From positions 416,001-480,000 of the forward strand of contig CBDCDC010000002.1 of assembly GCA_965215195.1 (NCBI GenBank): 64,000 nt of DNA, read 5' to 3'. The notes under the pieces were generated by a model. The model did not search any database, was not told where the DNA came from, and saw nothing but the letters and a program-made list of their open reading frames with translations. Both the position numbers and the translations under genes were made by a program. This stretch comes from Candidatus Latescibacterota bacterium (GTDB lineage Bacteria > Latescibacterota > UBA2968 > UBA8231). This document shows, one piece after another, positions 10,381-19,640 of this stretch (its first letter is position 1; every line of letters starts with the position of its first letter).

Positions 10381-10692
10381 TCATCTCATTGTATAAGCCC
10401 GAGTGTGTGGTCCAATAGCTAAGAAAACAACGGTTTGATCTTCTCTATCCGCACAGAAACAATACTGACATTCCTCGATATGCCGACATTCTTCACAGAT
10501 AACGAAAATCATCCGAAAATTTCTTCCTACTCGTGCACTGCGACAACCCCGCAAATCTAATCCGTGCGGAACTCGCCCAAGGCGTTCTGTGCGGTCGTAA
10601 GGCTCTTCGAGAATCTGCTCAACTTTTTGCTGGACTCGAGTAGCGAGTAAGGCTGCGAACGAATCGCTCTTCGTAAAATGCTCGATATTCAT
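10381..10692 (-). CDS. RelE/ParE-superfamily toxin with Cys-rich insert
   Basis: LRGCRSARVGRNFRMIF..FLAIGPH..AY RelE-like motifs; ATGA overlap with the upstream antitoxin. Confidence 0.7.
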   Translation of the reverse strand: MNIEHFTKSDSFAALLATRVQQKVEQILEEPYDRTERLGRVPHGLDLRGCRSARVGRNFRMIFVICEECRHIEECQYCFCADREDQTVVFLAIGPHTRAYTMR

Positions 10693-10913
10693 CCATGCCA
10701 AATTTCTTCGTGAGTACGGAATTTCAACTGACTGGATTTTTTTCGTTCAAGAATGTCCTCCATATCCTTATAAAGAGTCGATTCCTTATCGAGGTAAAAA
10801 AATCCCTGTTCTTGTGTAGCAAACGCCATGAGTTCTTCGCGGACGACCTTGCGAATGATTTCTTCTAGCTGCTGGACATTCAGGGCTTGTGTTGCTGTTG
10901 TATCGTTGCTCAT
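10689..10913 (-). CDS. putative antitoxin
   Basis: Small acidic protein with RBS AGGAGG, ends THEEIW, translationally coupled to the toxin. Confidence 0.65.
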   Translation of the reverse strand: MSNDTTATQALNVQQLEEIIRKVVREELMAFATQEQGFFYLDKESTLYKDMEDILERKKSSQLKFRTHEEIWHG

Positions 10914-11009
10914 TTTCGTATCCTCCTGCAAAAATGGCACACTGTCGCGAATCTAGGTACTAATAAGCATCCTTGTCAACGACTGGGAATTCGACAGGAG
11001 TAGAAGGTT

Positions 11010-12917
11010 ATGCTAACGATCTGTATCCTCGCGCTCGCTTGGCTGACTAGCGGGGCAGATGCGCTGACGATTTATCGGATCGGCGGTTCTTCGCTGCCGC
11101 GGCCGGAGCTGGCCGAGGGCGTGGAATTTGTGCAGCTCGATTGGGCGGAGGTGGAAGCCGCCCAGCACGGCCACGTCGAATCCCTGCAGATCGACGCGGA
11201 CTTCATCGAGCCGGAGCAACTGGACCCGTCGATAAACCTGACGCCGCGCCTCAAGGAGCGCGGTGGCCGGGTGCAGACGCTGGTCTGGCGGGGCTGGGAG
11301 CAAAGCGGCGACACCGAGGCCGTGCTGTGGGACGAAGACGTAGAGACCGTCTTCTTGGGCGACGGGCATTGGACCACCTCGGGCATTGGCGTGCGCAACA
11401 AGAGCCTGATCTTTGAATTCGGGGGCAACTTCACGGTCGAGCGCGTCAAGTTCTATCCGCGCACGCGCTTTGAGGAAGAGCGCTTCCTACAGCGCTTTAT
11501 CATTGGCATTAGCGACGGCAATCCGCTCAAGGAGGGTACGCGCGAGTACGCTGCGGGTACGCGCGGCTCCTTCTTCGACTTCGACATCGCGCATCAGGCC
11601 ACTGAGAATACGACCTCAGTGGTCGAACTGGAGCTGCCGCCGGTGCCGATCCGCCGCATGCTCTTTGAAGCACCCGAAAACACCCAAGGCATCTGGGAAA
11701 TCGCCGAGTTCGAGATTTACGGCAAGGGCTTCACGCCCGCGGCGCGCTACGTGTCCAATGTCCTCGATTTGGGCGGGCGGGCGGCGCTGGGCGAACTAAG
11801 CTGGGGTGCCCAAGTCGATCCGGGCGCACAAGTTGAGCTAAGTATGCGCGCCGGCGACGACAGCGATCCCAATACCTATTGGCGCAGCACGTTCCGCGGC
11901 GATGAGCGCACCCGGCTGGATACTCGGGGTCGGCCTTTGACGCTGCGGTCGTACAATCGGCTGGAGAGGGCCCAGCAGGCCGGAATCACGCCCGACACTG
12001 AAAATTGGGAGGGCTGGAGTGCGGCCTACGACTTGGCGCTGGGCAGCGCACCTATGCAGGGGACGCAACCTCGGCAGTTCGTGCAGCTTAGGGCCAACTT
12101 CCATTCTACAGTAGAAGCGGGTGGGCGGCTGAACTTCGTGCAATTCGCCGCGTCTAGGCCGCCGATGGCCGCCTTGGTTTTGGCCGAGATTGCGCCCGTC
12201 TTGGCGACCACGGGCGCGGCGACCGAGTTCACGTACATGCTGCTGCCGCGACTAGAAGCCGGGGACTTGGGTTTCGATACCATCGAGATCGACACGCCGA
12301 CTCAGGTGGAGGGCATTGACGCGGTGCGCTACAGCGGCGAAGAGGTCGCCTTTGAGGTGCGGCGGCTCGACGGGCGCGGCTTTGAGGTCGGCGTCCCGCG
12401 CGTGGACCAAGGGCGCGATGGCGAGCTGATTGAGGTGGTCTTTCGCTGCGAGGTTTTCAAGTTCGGCACCCTGTTTTCGGGCCGCGTACACGACAGTACT
12501 CGGCCGCAGGAGGTGCGCCAAGTGGTGACGCCGGGCGAAGTGGTTGAGCGGGTTGAGGGCAATACCCTGAGCGTGGGGCTGACCAACATCGCCGGGCAGG
12601 TGGTCGGTGCGCTTAGGCTCGTGCCAGCCGCGTTCACGCCCAACGGGGACCAGATCAACGACGCGGTGCGAGTCGAGTACGACCTGTTGAACGTGATCGG
12701 GAATGCCGAAGTCGCGGTGGTGCTCTACGATTTGCAAGGGGTGCGGCTCGGGGAGGTTTTCCGCGGACCGGCGCAGAGCGGACAGTTTTCCACGGCGTGG
12801 GATGGCCGGGACGCGACGGGTGCCTTACTCAAGCCCGGGCTATACGTCCTGCGCCTCGAAGTAGAGACCGACGGCGGCACCAAGGTCCGCTCGCGCATTG
12901 TCTCGCTGTCGTATTGA
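11010..12917 (+). CDS. secreted protein with discoidin-like region and FTPNGD/FlgD-Ig CTD
   Basis: Signal peptide; EIAEFEIYG; FTPNGDQIND..WDGRDATG..PGLY. Confidence 0.8.
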   Translation: MLTICILALAWLTSGADALTIYRIGGSSLPRPELAEGVEFVQLDWAEVEAAQHGHVESLQIDADFIEPEQLDPSINLTPRLKERGGRVQTLVWRGWEQSGDTEAVLWDEDVETVFLGDGHWTTSGIGVRNKSLIFEFGGNFTVERVKFYPRTRFEEERFLQRFIIGISDGNPLKEGTREYAAGTRGSFFDFDIAHQATENTTSVVELELPPVPIRRMLFEAPENTQGIWEIAEFEIYGKGFTPAARYVSNVLDLGGRAALGELSWGAQVDPGAQVELSMRAGDDSDPNTYWRSTFRGDERTRLDTRGRPLTLRSYNRLERAQQAGITPDTENWEGWSAAYDLALGSAPMQGTQPRQFVQLRANFHSTVEAGGRLNFVQFAASRPPMAALVLAEIAPVLATTGAATEFTYMLLPRLEAGDLGFDTIEIDTPTQVEGIDAVRYSGEEVAFEVRRLDGRGFEVGVPRVDQGRDGELIEVVFRCEVFKFGTLFSGRVHDSTRPQEVRQVVTPGEVVERVEGNTLSVGLTNIAGQVVGALRLVPAAFTPNGDQINDAVRVEYDLLNVIGNAEVAVVLYDLQGVRLGEVFRGPAQSGQFSTAWDGRDATGALLKPGLYVLRLEVETDGGTKVRSRIVSLSY

Positions 12918-12930
12918 GAGGAGAAGGCTC

Positions 12931-15570
12931 ATGCGCTACTTCGCCGTCGTTTTGCTGTGGGCAGCCGCGCTCCATGCCCAAGGGGGCGGCTACCGGCTCA
13001 CTGCCGACCAGCTCGTCATCGACCGCGCCGCGCACTGGCGCGCTTGGGAGTTTCCGGTGGGCACTCTGACGATCGACGCAAGCGGTGTGGTGCGGCCGTT
13101 TGCCCTGCGCCGCAACACCGACGCGACCAAGGACATCGTCCACTTCTTGCGCCTGCATCCGCCCGAAGACCTCGCACGAGAAAAGGCGGCCGAGGAAATC
13201 GCGCTCGCGGATGCCATAGAAGCGGGTTCCAATGCGCCGGATGTGCTTCATGTGCTCGACGGGGACTTGACCACGTACTGGGAGCCTGATCCGGTCGCAG
13301 ATGCTGCCGAATTGGGTTCGCAGTGGTGGTTTGCGCTAGATCTGGGCCGGCTGGTCATTGCCAAGCGCATTGTGCTCAAGTTCGTCGAGGAAGGTCTAGG
13401 CGACCCCTTCCTGCAGTACGACGTGCTGATCTCCGACGGCGAGGTGCCGGAGAAGTTCATTTCTTCGGAGGAGCCGGAGTTCGATGTGGTGTGGCGCACC
13501 TTGAAGCCGAACAAGACCGAGCGGCTGCTCGAAATTGCTCTCGGCGAGCGCGCAGAGGCCGAGGCGCAGGAACTGGCGGACCAGCCGCTCAACGCCCCCC
13601 CGACTTCGGCTGTCTCCGTTCCGCAGCAAGAATTCGCTGGCACCGGAGTGCGCCTAGTGCAGGTGGTGGTGCGCGGGTCGGACTTTGAGCGCGGATTTGA
13701 GGTCAGCGAGGAGGAGTACGAGGCCTTGCCGGCCGCCGAGCGGGGCGCGGTCGTCTATCGCAAGTTGCAGCGCGACGGACGCCTAACCGAGGTCAATGCG
13801 GCGGACTACGCGCAGCTACCGGCCGCCGAGCAGGGCGGGGTCTTGTACTATCGCTGGGAGCGGCCCCGGCTGGCCGAACTCGAAGTCTGGCACGAGGGCG
13901 ACGACGCGATGATTGCGGCCTTGGCTCGGGGCGGCCACGTGTTTGCCTCGCAGGGGCTGCCGGTGGGGCGGACCATCGACGGCAACGTGCAGACCTACGT
14001 GGATCTGATCTTCTCCTTCGACCGCCAAACCATTCCCGGCCCCGAAGGCCATCTGAGCTTTGACTTGGGTTCGGCGTACTGGATCGACACCTTCCGCATT
14101 GCCTACGGCGGTCAAGCGGTGCGCGACCGCTTCAGCTTTCCCTCCTACCGCCTCGACGCCTCCGACGGTGCGCTCAATGCCGATGGCAGCCTCAAGTGGA
14201 CGACCGTGGCCAGCCGCCAGCAGTCGAGTACGCGCAAGGAGTATGAGGGCCACGACTTTGCCCTGAGCAAGACGCGCTTTTTCCGCCTAGTGTGGGAGCA
14301 AATCATCGTGCCGGTCGGCGGGCACCGGGGATTCCCCGCTTCGGTGCAGCTCTACGGCCGGGGATTCCAGCCGGAGGTCTGGCTCGAGTCGGGTTTGGTG
14401 CGGCTGGGCGGGCAGCGGAATCTGCTGTCGATAGAGTGGGACGCCGATGCGCCGCCGGGTACCAGTGTGCTGGTGCAGACGCGCACGGGCAATGAGTTGA
14501 GCGAGGTGCTGCACTATTTCAAAAAGGACGGCAGCGAGATTTCCGAGAAGGAATACAACAATCCAACGCTGTTGGACATCTTCAAGGGCCCGATCGTGGC
14601 CGAGGAGGTGGAAGGGGACGACTGGAGCGGCTGGAGCCAAGCCTACGAGAATCCAACGGGCAGTGCGATTACCTCGCCTAGCCCGCGCGAGTTCCTCAAG
14701 GTGCGGGCGACCCTGCTTTCTGAGGACCCGAATATCAGCGCTGCCCTGCGCTCGATCCGCCTCAATTTTACCAGCCCGGTGGCCGAGGGGCTGACGGGCG
14801 AGATCGCGCCGTTCAGGGTGGATTCACTCGGCGTGGAGCGCCCCTTTTCCCTGTACGTGCGGCCGCAATTCAACCGCCGCGACCCGGGCTTCGACCAGTT
14901 GCTGCTGGTGGCGCCGGCCGATATGGCGCTCGGTTTTGCGGGGCTGTACGCGGGCCAAGCCGGGGACGAGCGCGCGGTGGCGGGCGTTGAGGTCATCCCC
15001 ACGGGCGCGGACAGCTTGCGCCTATCTTTTGCCGAGATCCGGCCCAATGCGGACATCGAGGTCGTGCGCCTCGACTTCCGCACCGCGCTCTTTGGCATGG
15101 GCGCGGTGCTGCGTGCGTCATTGCAGCACAGCGCCAAGGGCGAGGGCACTTGGCAGCGGGTGGATCCGGGCAATGCGCTCGACGCGGTGGCCGGCAATAC
15201 GACGACGCTGGTGGGCGACCCGACGCGCGGGGAACTGCTGCTCGACGTAGAAGTGCGCCCGCCGGCCTTTACGCCCAATGGCGATGGGGTCAACGACCAC
15301 GCGGTCTTCGCCTTCAAGGTCGTGCGTTTGGACGACGATGGCCCGCTAAAAGTCGCCATCTACGATCTGAGCGGCCGGCTGATGCGCCAGCTCGCCGAGC
15401 AGCGACCGACGAGCACCGGCCAGTACGAGATCGCTTGGGATGGGACCGACGAGCAGGGGGTGCGCGTCCCGCCGGGCGTCTATTGCGCTTTGCTGCGGGT
15501 GGCTGTTGACGCCGGGGGATTGAGCGCGGAACGGACCAAGGTGTTGCGCACGGTGGCGGTGGCCTATTGA
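12931..15570 (+). CDS. secreted protein with discoidin-like regions and FTPNGD/FlgD-Ig CTD
   Basis: RBS GAGGAG, signal peptide, LDGDLTTYW, FTPNGDGVND..WDGTDEQG..PGVY. Confidence 0.8.
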   Translation: MRYFAVVLLWAAALHAQGGGYRLTADQLVIDRAAHWRAWEFPVGTLTIDASGVVRPFALRRNTDATKDIVHFLRLHPPEDLAREKAAEEIALADAIEAGSNAPDVLHVLDGDLTTYWEPDPVADAAELGSQWWFALDLGRLVIAKRIVLKFVEEGLGDPFLQYDVLISDGEVPEKFISSEEPEFDVVWRTLKPNKTERLLEIALGERAEAEAQELADQPLNAPPTSAVSVPQQEFAGTGVRLVQVVVRGSDFERGFEVSEEEYEALPAAERGAVVYRKLQRDGRLTEVNAADYAQLPAAEQGGVLYYRWERPRLAELEVWHEGDDAMIAALARGGHVFASQGLPVGRTIDGNVQTYVDLIFSFDRQTIPGPEGHLSFDLGSAYWIDTFRIAYGGQAVRDRFSFPSYRLDASDGALNADGSLKWTTVASRQQSSTRKEYEGHDFALSKTRFFRLVWEQIIVPVGGHRGFPASVQLYGRGFQPEVWLESGLVRLGGQRNLLSIEWDADAPPGTSVLVQTRTGNELSEVLHYFKKDGSEISEKEYNNPTLLDIFKGPIVAEEVEGDDWSGWSQAYENPTGSAITSPSPREFLKVRATLLSEDPNISAALRSIRLNFTSPVAEGLTGEIAPFRVDSLGVERPFSLYVRPQFNRRDPGFDQLLLVAPADMALGFAGLYAGQAGDERAVAGVEVIPTGADSLRLSFAEIRPNADIEVVRLDFRTALFGMGAVLRASLQHSAKGEGTWQRVDPGNALDAVAGNTTTLVGDPTRGELLLDVEVRPPAFTPNGDGVNDHAVFAFKVVRLDDDGPLKVAIYDLSGRLMRQLAEQRPTSTGQYEIAWDGTDEQGVRVPPGVYCALLRVAVDAGGLSAERTKVLRTVAVAY

Positions 15571-15604
15571 AGTGGCCACTGTACATGGCCGGGAGCAAAT
15601 GGCA

Positions 15605-15874
15605 ATGAGCAGACCCAACATGCTCTTTTTGATGGCCGACCAGATGCAGGCCCGCGTGCTCGAACCGGATCACGTCTGTCAAACTCCGCCCTTGGATCGG
15701 CTGCGTTTTACGCGCGCCTATACGCCCAATAACATTTGCTCGCCGACCCGGGCGGGGCTGTTGCGCGAACCGGCCCATGTCGCCGACGAATGGACCCGAG
15801 GGTATGCCGGACGCAGCGGCTGGTGTGGGACGGGGCGTGGAAGCTGGCCGCGGATCAAAACGAAATCTCCTTAG
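15605..15874 (+). pseudogene. sulfatase N-terminal fragment
   Basis: RPNMLFLMADQ..TPxLDRL..CSPTRA formylglycine motif, then the sequence degenerates and stops. Confidence 0.8.
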
Positions 15875-16001
15875 TACACGACCCCTAAAGTAGGCGACCC
15901 TTACTTTGAGTACGCATTTTCTGCTGTTTCCGATATGTCCGGGATCGCGGGCAAGATGCCCGCGATCCTTGGCCGGCTGAGGGCTGGTGTCGTGTACTAA
16001 G
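15870..16001. mobile_element. MITE copy 1 (132 bp)
   Basis: Perfect 13-bp TIR CTTAGTACACGAC/GTCGTGTACTAAG; 9-bp TSD CGAAATCTC on both sides. Confidence 0.9.
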
Positions 16002-16031
16002 CGAAATCTCACAAAAATAGAGGAGCTAACG

Positions 16032-17192
16032 ATGGCACGAGATATCGAGATCACCTGTATCACTACGACGCATTTCGACTACGAGATCGCCGATCTGGAG
16101 TTGGAGGAGCAATTGGGCTTTGACACGGTTTATAGAAAAGGAGGCCGCCTGTCGCAGAGTGGCGGCTTCCTGACCATCGAGACCAGCGCCGGGGTCAGCG
16201 GCATTGCGCCCGGCGGCATCGACGGCCGCACGGCGCAGTACTTGCTCGGCCGCAACCCACTGGACCGCGAGATCATCTGGCACGATCTCAAGCGCTCGCG
16301 GCGCGGCCAAGACGGCACGCCACCGGGAGCGGCAGACACCGCGCTGTGGGATTTCGCCGGCAAACTCTACGACGCGCCGATTTACGAGCTTTTGGGCGGG
16401 GGATGGCGCAAGAAGTTGCCGGCCTACGCTTCGACCTACCACGGCGACGAAAACGGCGGTTTGACGACGCCGGACGACTTCGCGCAATTCGCGCTGCGCT
16501 GCAAGGAGCAATACGGCTACCCGGCCTTTAAGATCCACGGCTGGGTCAACGGGCCGATCGACCGCGAGGTAGCGGCGGTGTTAGCCATTCGCGCAGCCGT
16601 GGGCGACGATATGGACCTGTTGCTCGATCCGGCCGGGTGTTTTCCCACGTTCGAGGACGTGCTCAAGGTGGGTCGTGCCTGCGACGAGGCGCACTATATG
16701 TGGTATGAAGACCCGTTCAGGGGCGGCGGGTTTTCGCGCTTTGCCCATGCCAAGCTGCGCGAGCTGATCAAGACGCCGATGCTGATGGGCGAACATGTGC
16801 GCGGGCTGGAGGCCAAGGCCGACACGATTACCGCCGGTGCCACCGACTTCGTGCGCGCCAATAGCAGTGCCGATGGCGGCATTACCGGGGTGATGAAGAT
16901 CGCCGCTATGGCCGAGTCGCACGGGCTGGACGTGGAGTTGCACGGCGGCAGTCTGGCGCACCGCCACATCATGGCGACCTTGCGCAATGCCAACTATTAC
17001 GAGTTGGGCTTAGTGCATCCTTTGGTCAACGATACCAAGCCGGCGGTTTACAGCGAGAGGCGCTGGCTCGACGAGTTGGATTCGGTGGATGAGAATGGCT
17101 GCGTGGAAGTACCGGAGGGGCCGGGGCTGGGCGTGGAGTTGGACTGGGACTGGATCGCGGATCACAAGACCGGGGAAACGGTTTACGAGTAG
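16032..17192 (+). CDS. mandelate racemase/muconate lactonizing (enolase superfamily) protein
   Basis: DTALWDFAGK, AFKIH, LLLD, WYEDP, MGE, VPEGPGLGVELD. Confidence 0.9.
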   Translation: MARDIEITCITTTHFDYEIADLELEEQLGFDTVYRKGGRLSQSGGFLTIETSAGVSGIAPGGIDGRTAQYLLGRNPLDREIIWHDLKRSRRGQDGTPPGAADTALWDFAGKLYDAPIYELLGGGWRKKLPAYASTYHGDENGGLTTPDDFAQFALRCKEQYGYPAFKIHGWVNGPIDREVAAVLAIRAAVGDDMDLLLDPAGCFPTFEDVLKVGRACDEAHYMWYEDPFRGGGFSRFAHAKLRELIKTPMLMGEHVRGLEAKADTITAGATDFVRANSSADGGITGVMKIAAMAESHGLDVELHGGSLAHRHIMATLRNANYYELGLVHPLVNDTKPAVYSERRWLDELDSVDENGCVEVPEGPGLGVELDWDWIADHKTGETVYE

Positions 17193-17216
17193 CGCACGGT
17201 GGCGGTGGCCTATTGA

Positions 17217-17384
17217 TAGCACCGCTTCTTCAGGCTCTAAGCGAACAGGGATTACGATTTGCCGTTCAAAAACAGGTTCCTCCACTTCCTCGAGTTCGTT
17301 CTCGAAATCCGTTAAGTCATGAGTGTCCCAGAAGTGAGCAAGCTCTTGAATCGAATCGGTTTGTGGAATGTTTGTACGCTTCAT
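17217..17384 (-). pseudogene. truncated CopG/BrnA-type antitoxin
   Basis: IPQTDSIQELAHFWDTHDLTDF motif; homology appears cut at the 25-bp repeat and the ORF runs on into the neighbouring gene. Confidence 0.7.
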
Positions 17385-17476
17385 GGGTTCCTCCTTTGTC
17401 TATATCTTCGTCTTTCCCTATCGGTCATTGCTCTAGCTGTGACGGGGTAGCCTCTGCCATCGGGAAATTGGACGAG
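17381..17476 (-). pseudogene. 3' remnant of a BrnT-like toxin
   Basis: Translates LVQFPDGRGYPVTARAMTDRERRRY; ATGA overlap with the antitoxin; no start codon for the fragment. Confidence 0.7.
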
Positions 17477-18145
17477 CTAGACCCCCCTCCGCTGCTGGCT
17501 TTCCACTTGCACCAGCCGCGCTTCTTCGAGCACATAACCGCTGAGCTGGCCGCCGTAGATGCAGCCCGAGTCGAGGCCGAGGAGATAGGGGCGGCGGCCG
17601 CGCTTTTTGACCACCAAGCCGCCGGGCGCGTCGTGGCCAAAGACGAGCAGGGGATGCGTCGGTTCGTAAAAGTCGTGCCAGCGCGGGCTGGCCAGATCGT
17701 CGGTGGGCGGCCAAGTGCGGATCGTCAGGAATTGGTTGCGGCGGGTGCCTTGTAAGCCCTTTTCCGGGTGGATGCCGGCGTGGACTAGGAGGAAGGCGTC
17801 TTCCGCGATGTAGAGCGGGCACTGCCGGAGCCAAGCGAGTATTTCTTCGTGGACGGGCTGAAGCTGGGCGAGGGTGTAGTCTTGGTCGGGGAACCTCACT
17901 TCGGGCTTGCGGCCCACCTCTAAGGCGGTTAGCTGCTTCAAGAGGCCGGCGTCGTGGTTGCCCAAGACCATGGCGGCCCCGGTTCCCCGGATCAACTGCC
18001 ACACTGCCAGCGGGTCCGGGCCGCGAGAAAAGGCATCGCCGGTCAGCAACAGGCGATCTTTGGCTCGGTCGCAATTTATCTTGGCAAGGAGGGCTGCAAA
18101 CTCGGCGGCGCAGCCGTGGACATCGCCGACGAAAATGGTGCGCAT
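17477..18145 (-). CDS. metallophosphoesterase (ApaH/PPP-like)
   Basis: GDVHG, GDAFSRG, GNHD, HAG, FGH, LDSGC motifs. Confidence 0.9.
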   Translation of the reverse strand: MRTIFVGDVHGCAAEFAALLAKINCDRAKDRLLLTGDAFSRGPDPLAVWQLIRGTGAAMVLGNHDAGLLKQLTALEVGRKPEVRFPDQDYTLAQLQPVHEEILAWLRQCPLYIAEDAFLLVHAGIHPEKGLQGTRRNQFLTIRTWPPTDDLASPRWHDFYEPTHPLLVFGHDAPGGLVVKKRGRRPYLLGLDSGCIYGGQLSGYVLEEARLVQVESQQRRGV

Positions 18146-18286
18146 TAGATTTTCCTATATAGCAAGTCGAGCCGTGGATCGTCTGGCGTCCATCTGCGGA
18201 GCTTCTTGTGTAATGATGTAGGATTGCTGTATTTGCGTTGCCGCAGAGCAAACCCTATCATACTCACCACTTCAAGATAGCCTCTG

Positions 18287-19627
18287 ATGGAAACTGCGAC
18301 CACACTCAGCCCTGCTCCAGCGTCCTGCCACGTGATGGCCAAGCCTTCGGGCTCGGTCTGCAACATTGACTGCAAGTACTGCTTCTATCTGGAAAAGGAG
18401 AAGCTCTACCCAGACGCGCACAAAAATTGGCGCATGTCCGATGAGACGCTCGCACGCTACGTCAAGCAGTACATTGAGGCCCAAGACGTGCCGCAGGTGG
18501 ACTTTGCTTGGCAGGGCGGCGAGCCGACCCTGATGGGCGTGGACTTCTTCCGCCGCGCAGTCCAGCTACAGCAGCAATACGCCGACGGCAAGCTGGTCAC
18601 CAACGCCTTCCAGACCAACGGCATCCTCCTCAACGACGAGTGGGGCGAGTTCCTCGCCGAAAACAAATTCCTAGTCGGGCTGTCGATTGACGGGCCGCGC
18701 CAATACCACGACCGCTACCGAGTTGACAAGGGCCAGAAGCCGACCTACGACCGCGTGTACGCCGGCCTGCAGATGCTCAAGAAACACGCGGTTGAATTCA
18801 ATACCCTGACCGTGCTGCAAAACCACAATGCCGCTCATCCCCTCGAGATCTACCGCTTCCTGCGCGAAGAGGGCTCGGGGTTTATGCAGTTTATTCCCAT
18901 CGTCGAGCGCATCGCGCACGAGCCGGACGAGGACGGGCTGGCCTTGGTCGATCCCGAATACGAGGGACGAGCGCCGGTTTCCAAGTGGTCGGTGGGGCCG
19001 GGGCAGTACGGCAAGTTCCTCTGCGCGATCTTCGACGAATGGGTGCGCAACGACGTCGGCCAAGTCTTCGTGCAGCTCTTTGACGTGACCCTCGGCTCGT
19101 GGCTGGGCCAGGATGCGAGCCTGTGCATCTTCGCCGAGACCTGCGGCAAGGCCCTGATCATTGAGCACAATGGCGACCTCTATTCCTGCGATCACTTCGT
19201 CTATTCAGACTATCGCTTGGGCAACGTCCACGACGAGAGCATCCGCGACATGGTAGCCAGCCCGCAACAGACCAAGTTCGGGCAGGACAAAAAGGACGCA
19301 CTGCCCCAGTACTGCATTGAATGCGAGTACCGCTTTGCCTGCAACGGCGGCTGCCCCAAGCACCGCTTTACCAAAACCCCGCGCGGCGAGGACGGCCTCA
19401 ACTACCTGTGCAAAGGGTACAAGATGTACTTCGAGCACGTCGATCCCTACATGCGCTTTATGGCCAATGAGTTGCGGCAAGGCCGACCGGCCACCGGTGC
19501 GATGGAATGGTGTAGAAAAAGGGACGCGGTCAAGGCGGCCCTGCACCAAAAGGCCCCCGGCCGCAACGACCCGTGCCCCTGCGGCAGCGGCAAGAAGTAC
19601 AAGCGCTGCTGTGGCCGGGCCGCATAA
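18287..19627 (+). CDS. anaerobic sulfatase maturase (radical SAM/SPASM) with C-terminal SEC-C
   Basis: CNIDCKYC, WQGGEPTL, YSCDHFV, CxxCxxxxxCNGGCPK, GRNDPCPCGSGKKYKRCC. Confidence 0.95.
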   Translation: METATTLSPAPASCHVMAKPSGSVCNIDCKYCFYLEKEKLYPDAHKNWRMSDETLARYVKQYIEAQDVPQVDFAWQGGEPTLMGVDFFRRAVQLQQQYADGKLVTNAFQTNGILLNDEWGEFLAENKFLVGLSIDGPRQYHDRYRVDKGQKPTYDRVYAGLQMLKKHAVEFNTLTVLQNHNAAHPLEIYRFLREEGSGFMQFIPIVERIAHEPDEDGLALVDPEYEGRAPVSKWSVGPGQYGKFLCAIFDEWVRNDVGQVFVQLFDVTLGSWLGQDASLCIFAETCGKALIIEHNGDLYSCDHFVYSDYRLGNVHDESIRDMVASPQQTKFGQDKKDALPQYCIECEYRFACNGGCPKHRFTKTPRGEDGLNYLCKGYKMYFEHVDPYMRFMANELRQGRPATGAMEWCRKRDAVKAALHQKAPGRNDPCPCGSGKKYKRCCGRAA

Positions 19628-19640
19628 CAGAAAGGAAACA

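Larger units (their letters stand above)
15546..17216. repeat. 25-bp direct repeat GCGCACGGTGGCGGTGGCCTATTGA (15546-15570, 17192-17216)
   Basis: Exact copy of the 3' end of gene 12931..15570. Confidence 0.9.

Noticed and set aside
18287-19627. Radical SAM/SPASM enzyme as RiPP maturase for the Cys-rich peptide
   Set aside because: The sequence is a typical sulfatase maturase about 29 kb away, and the peptide has an export signal rather than a RiPP leader.
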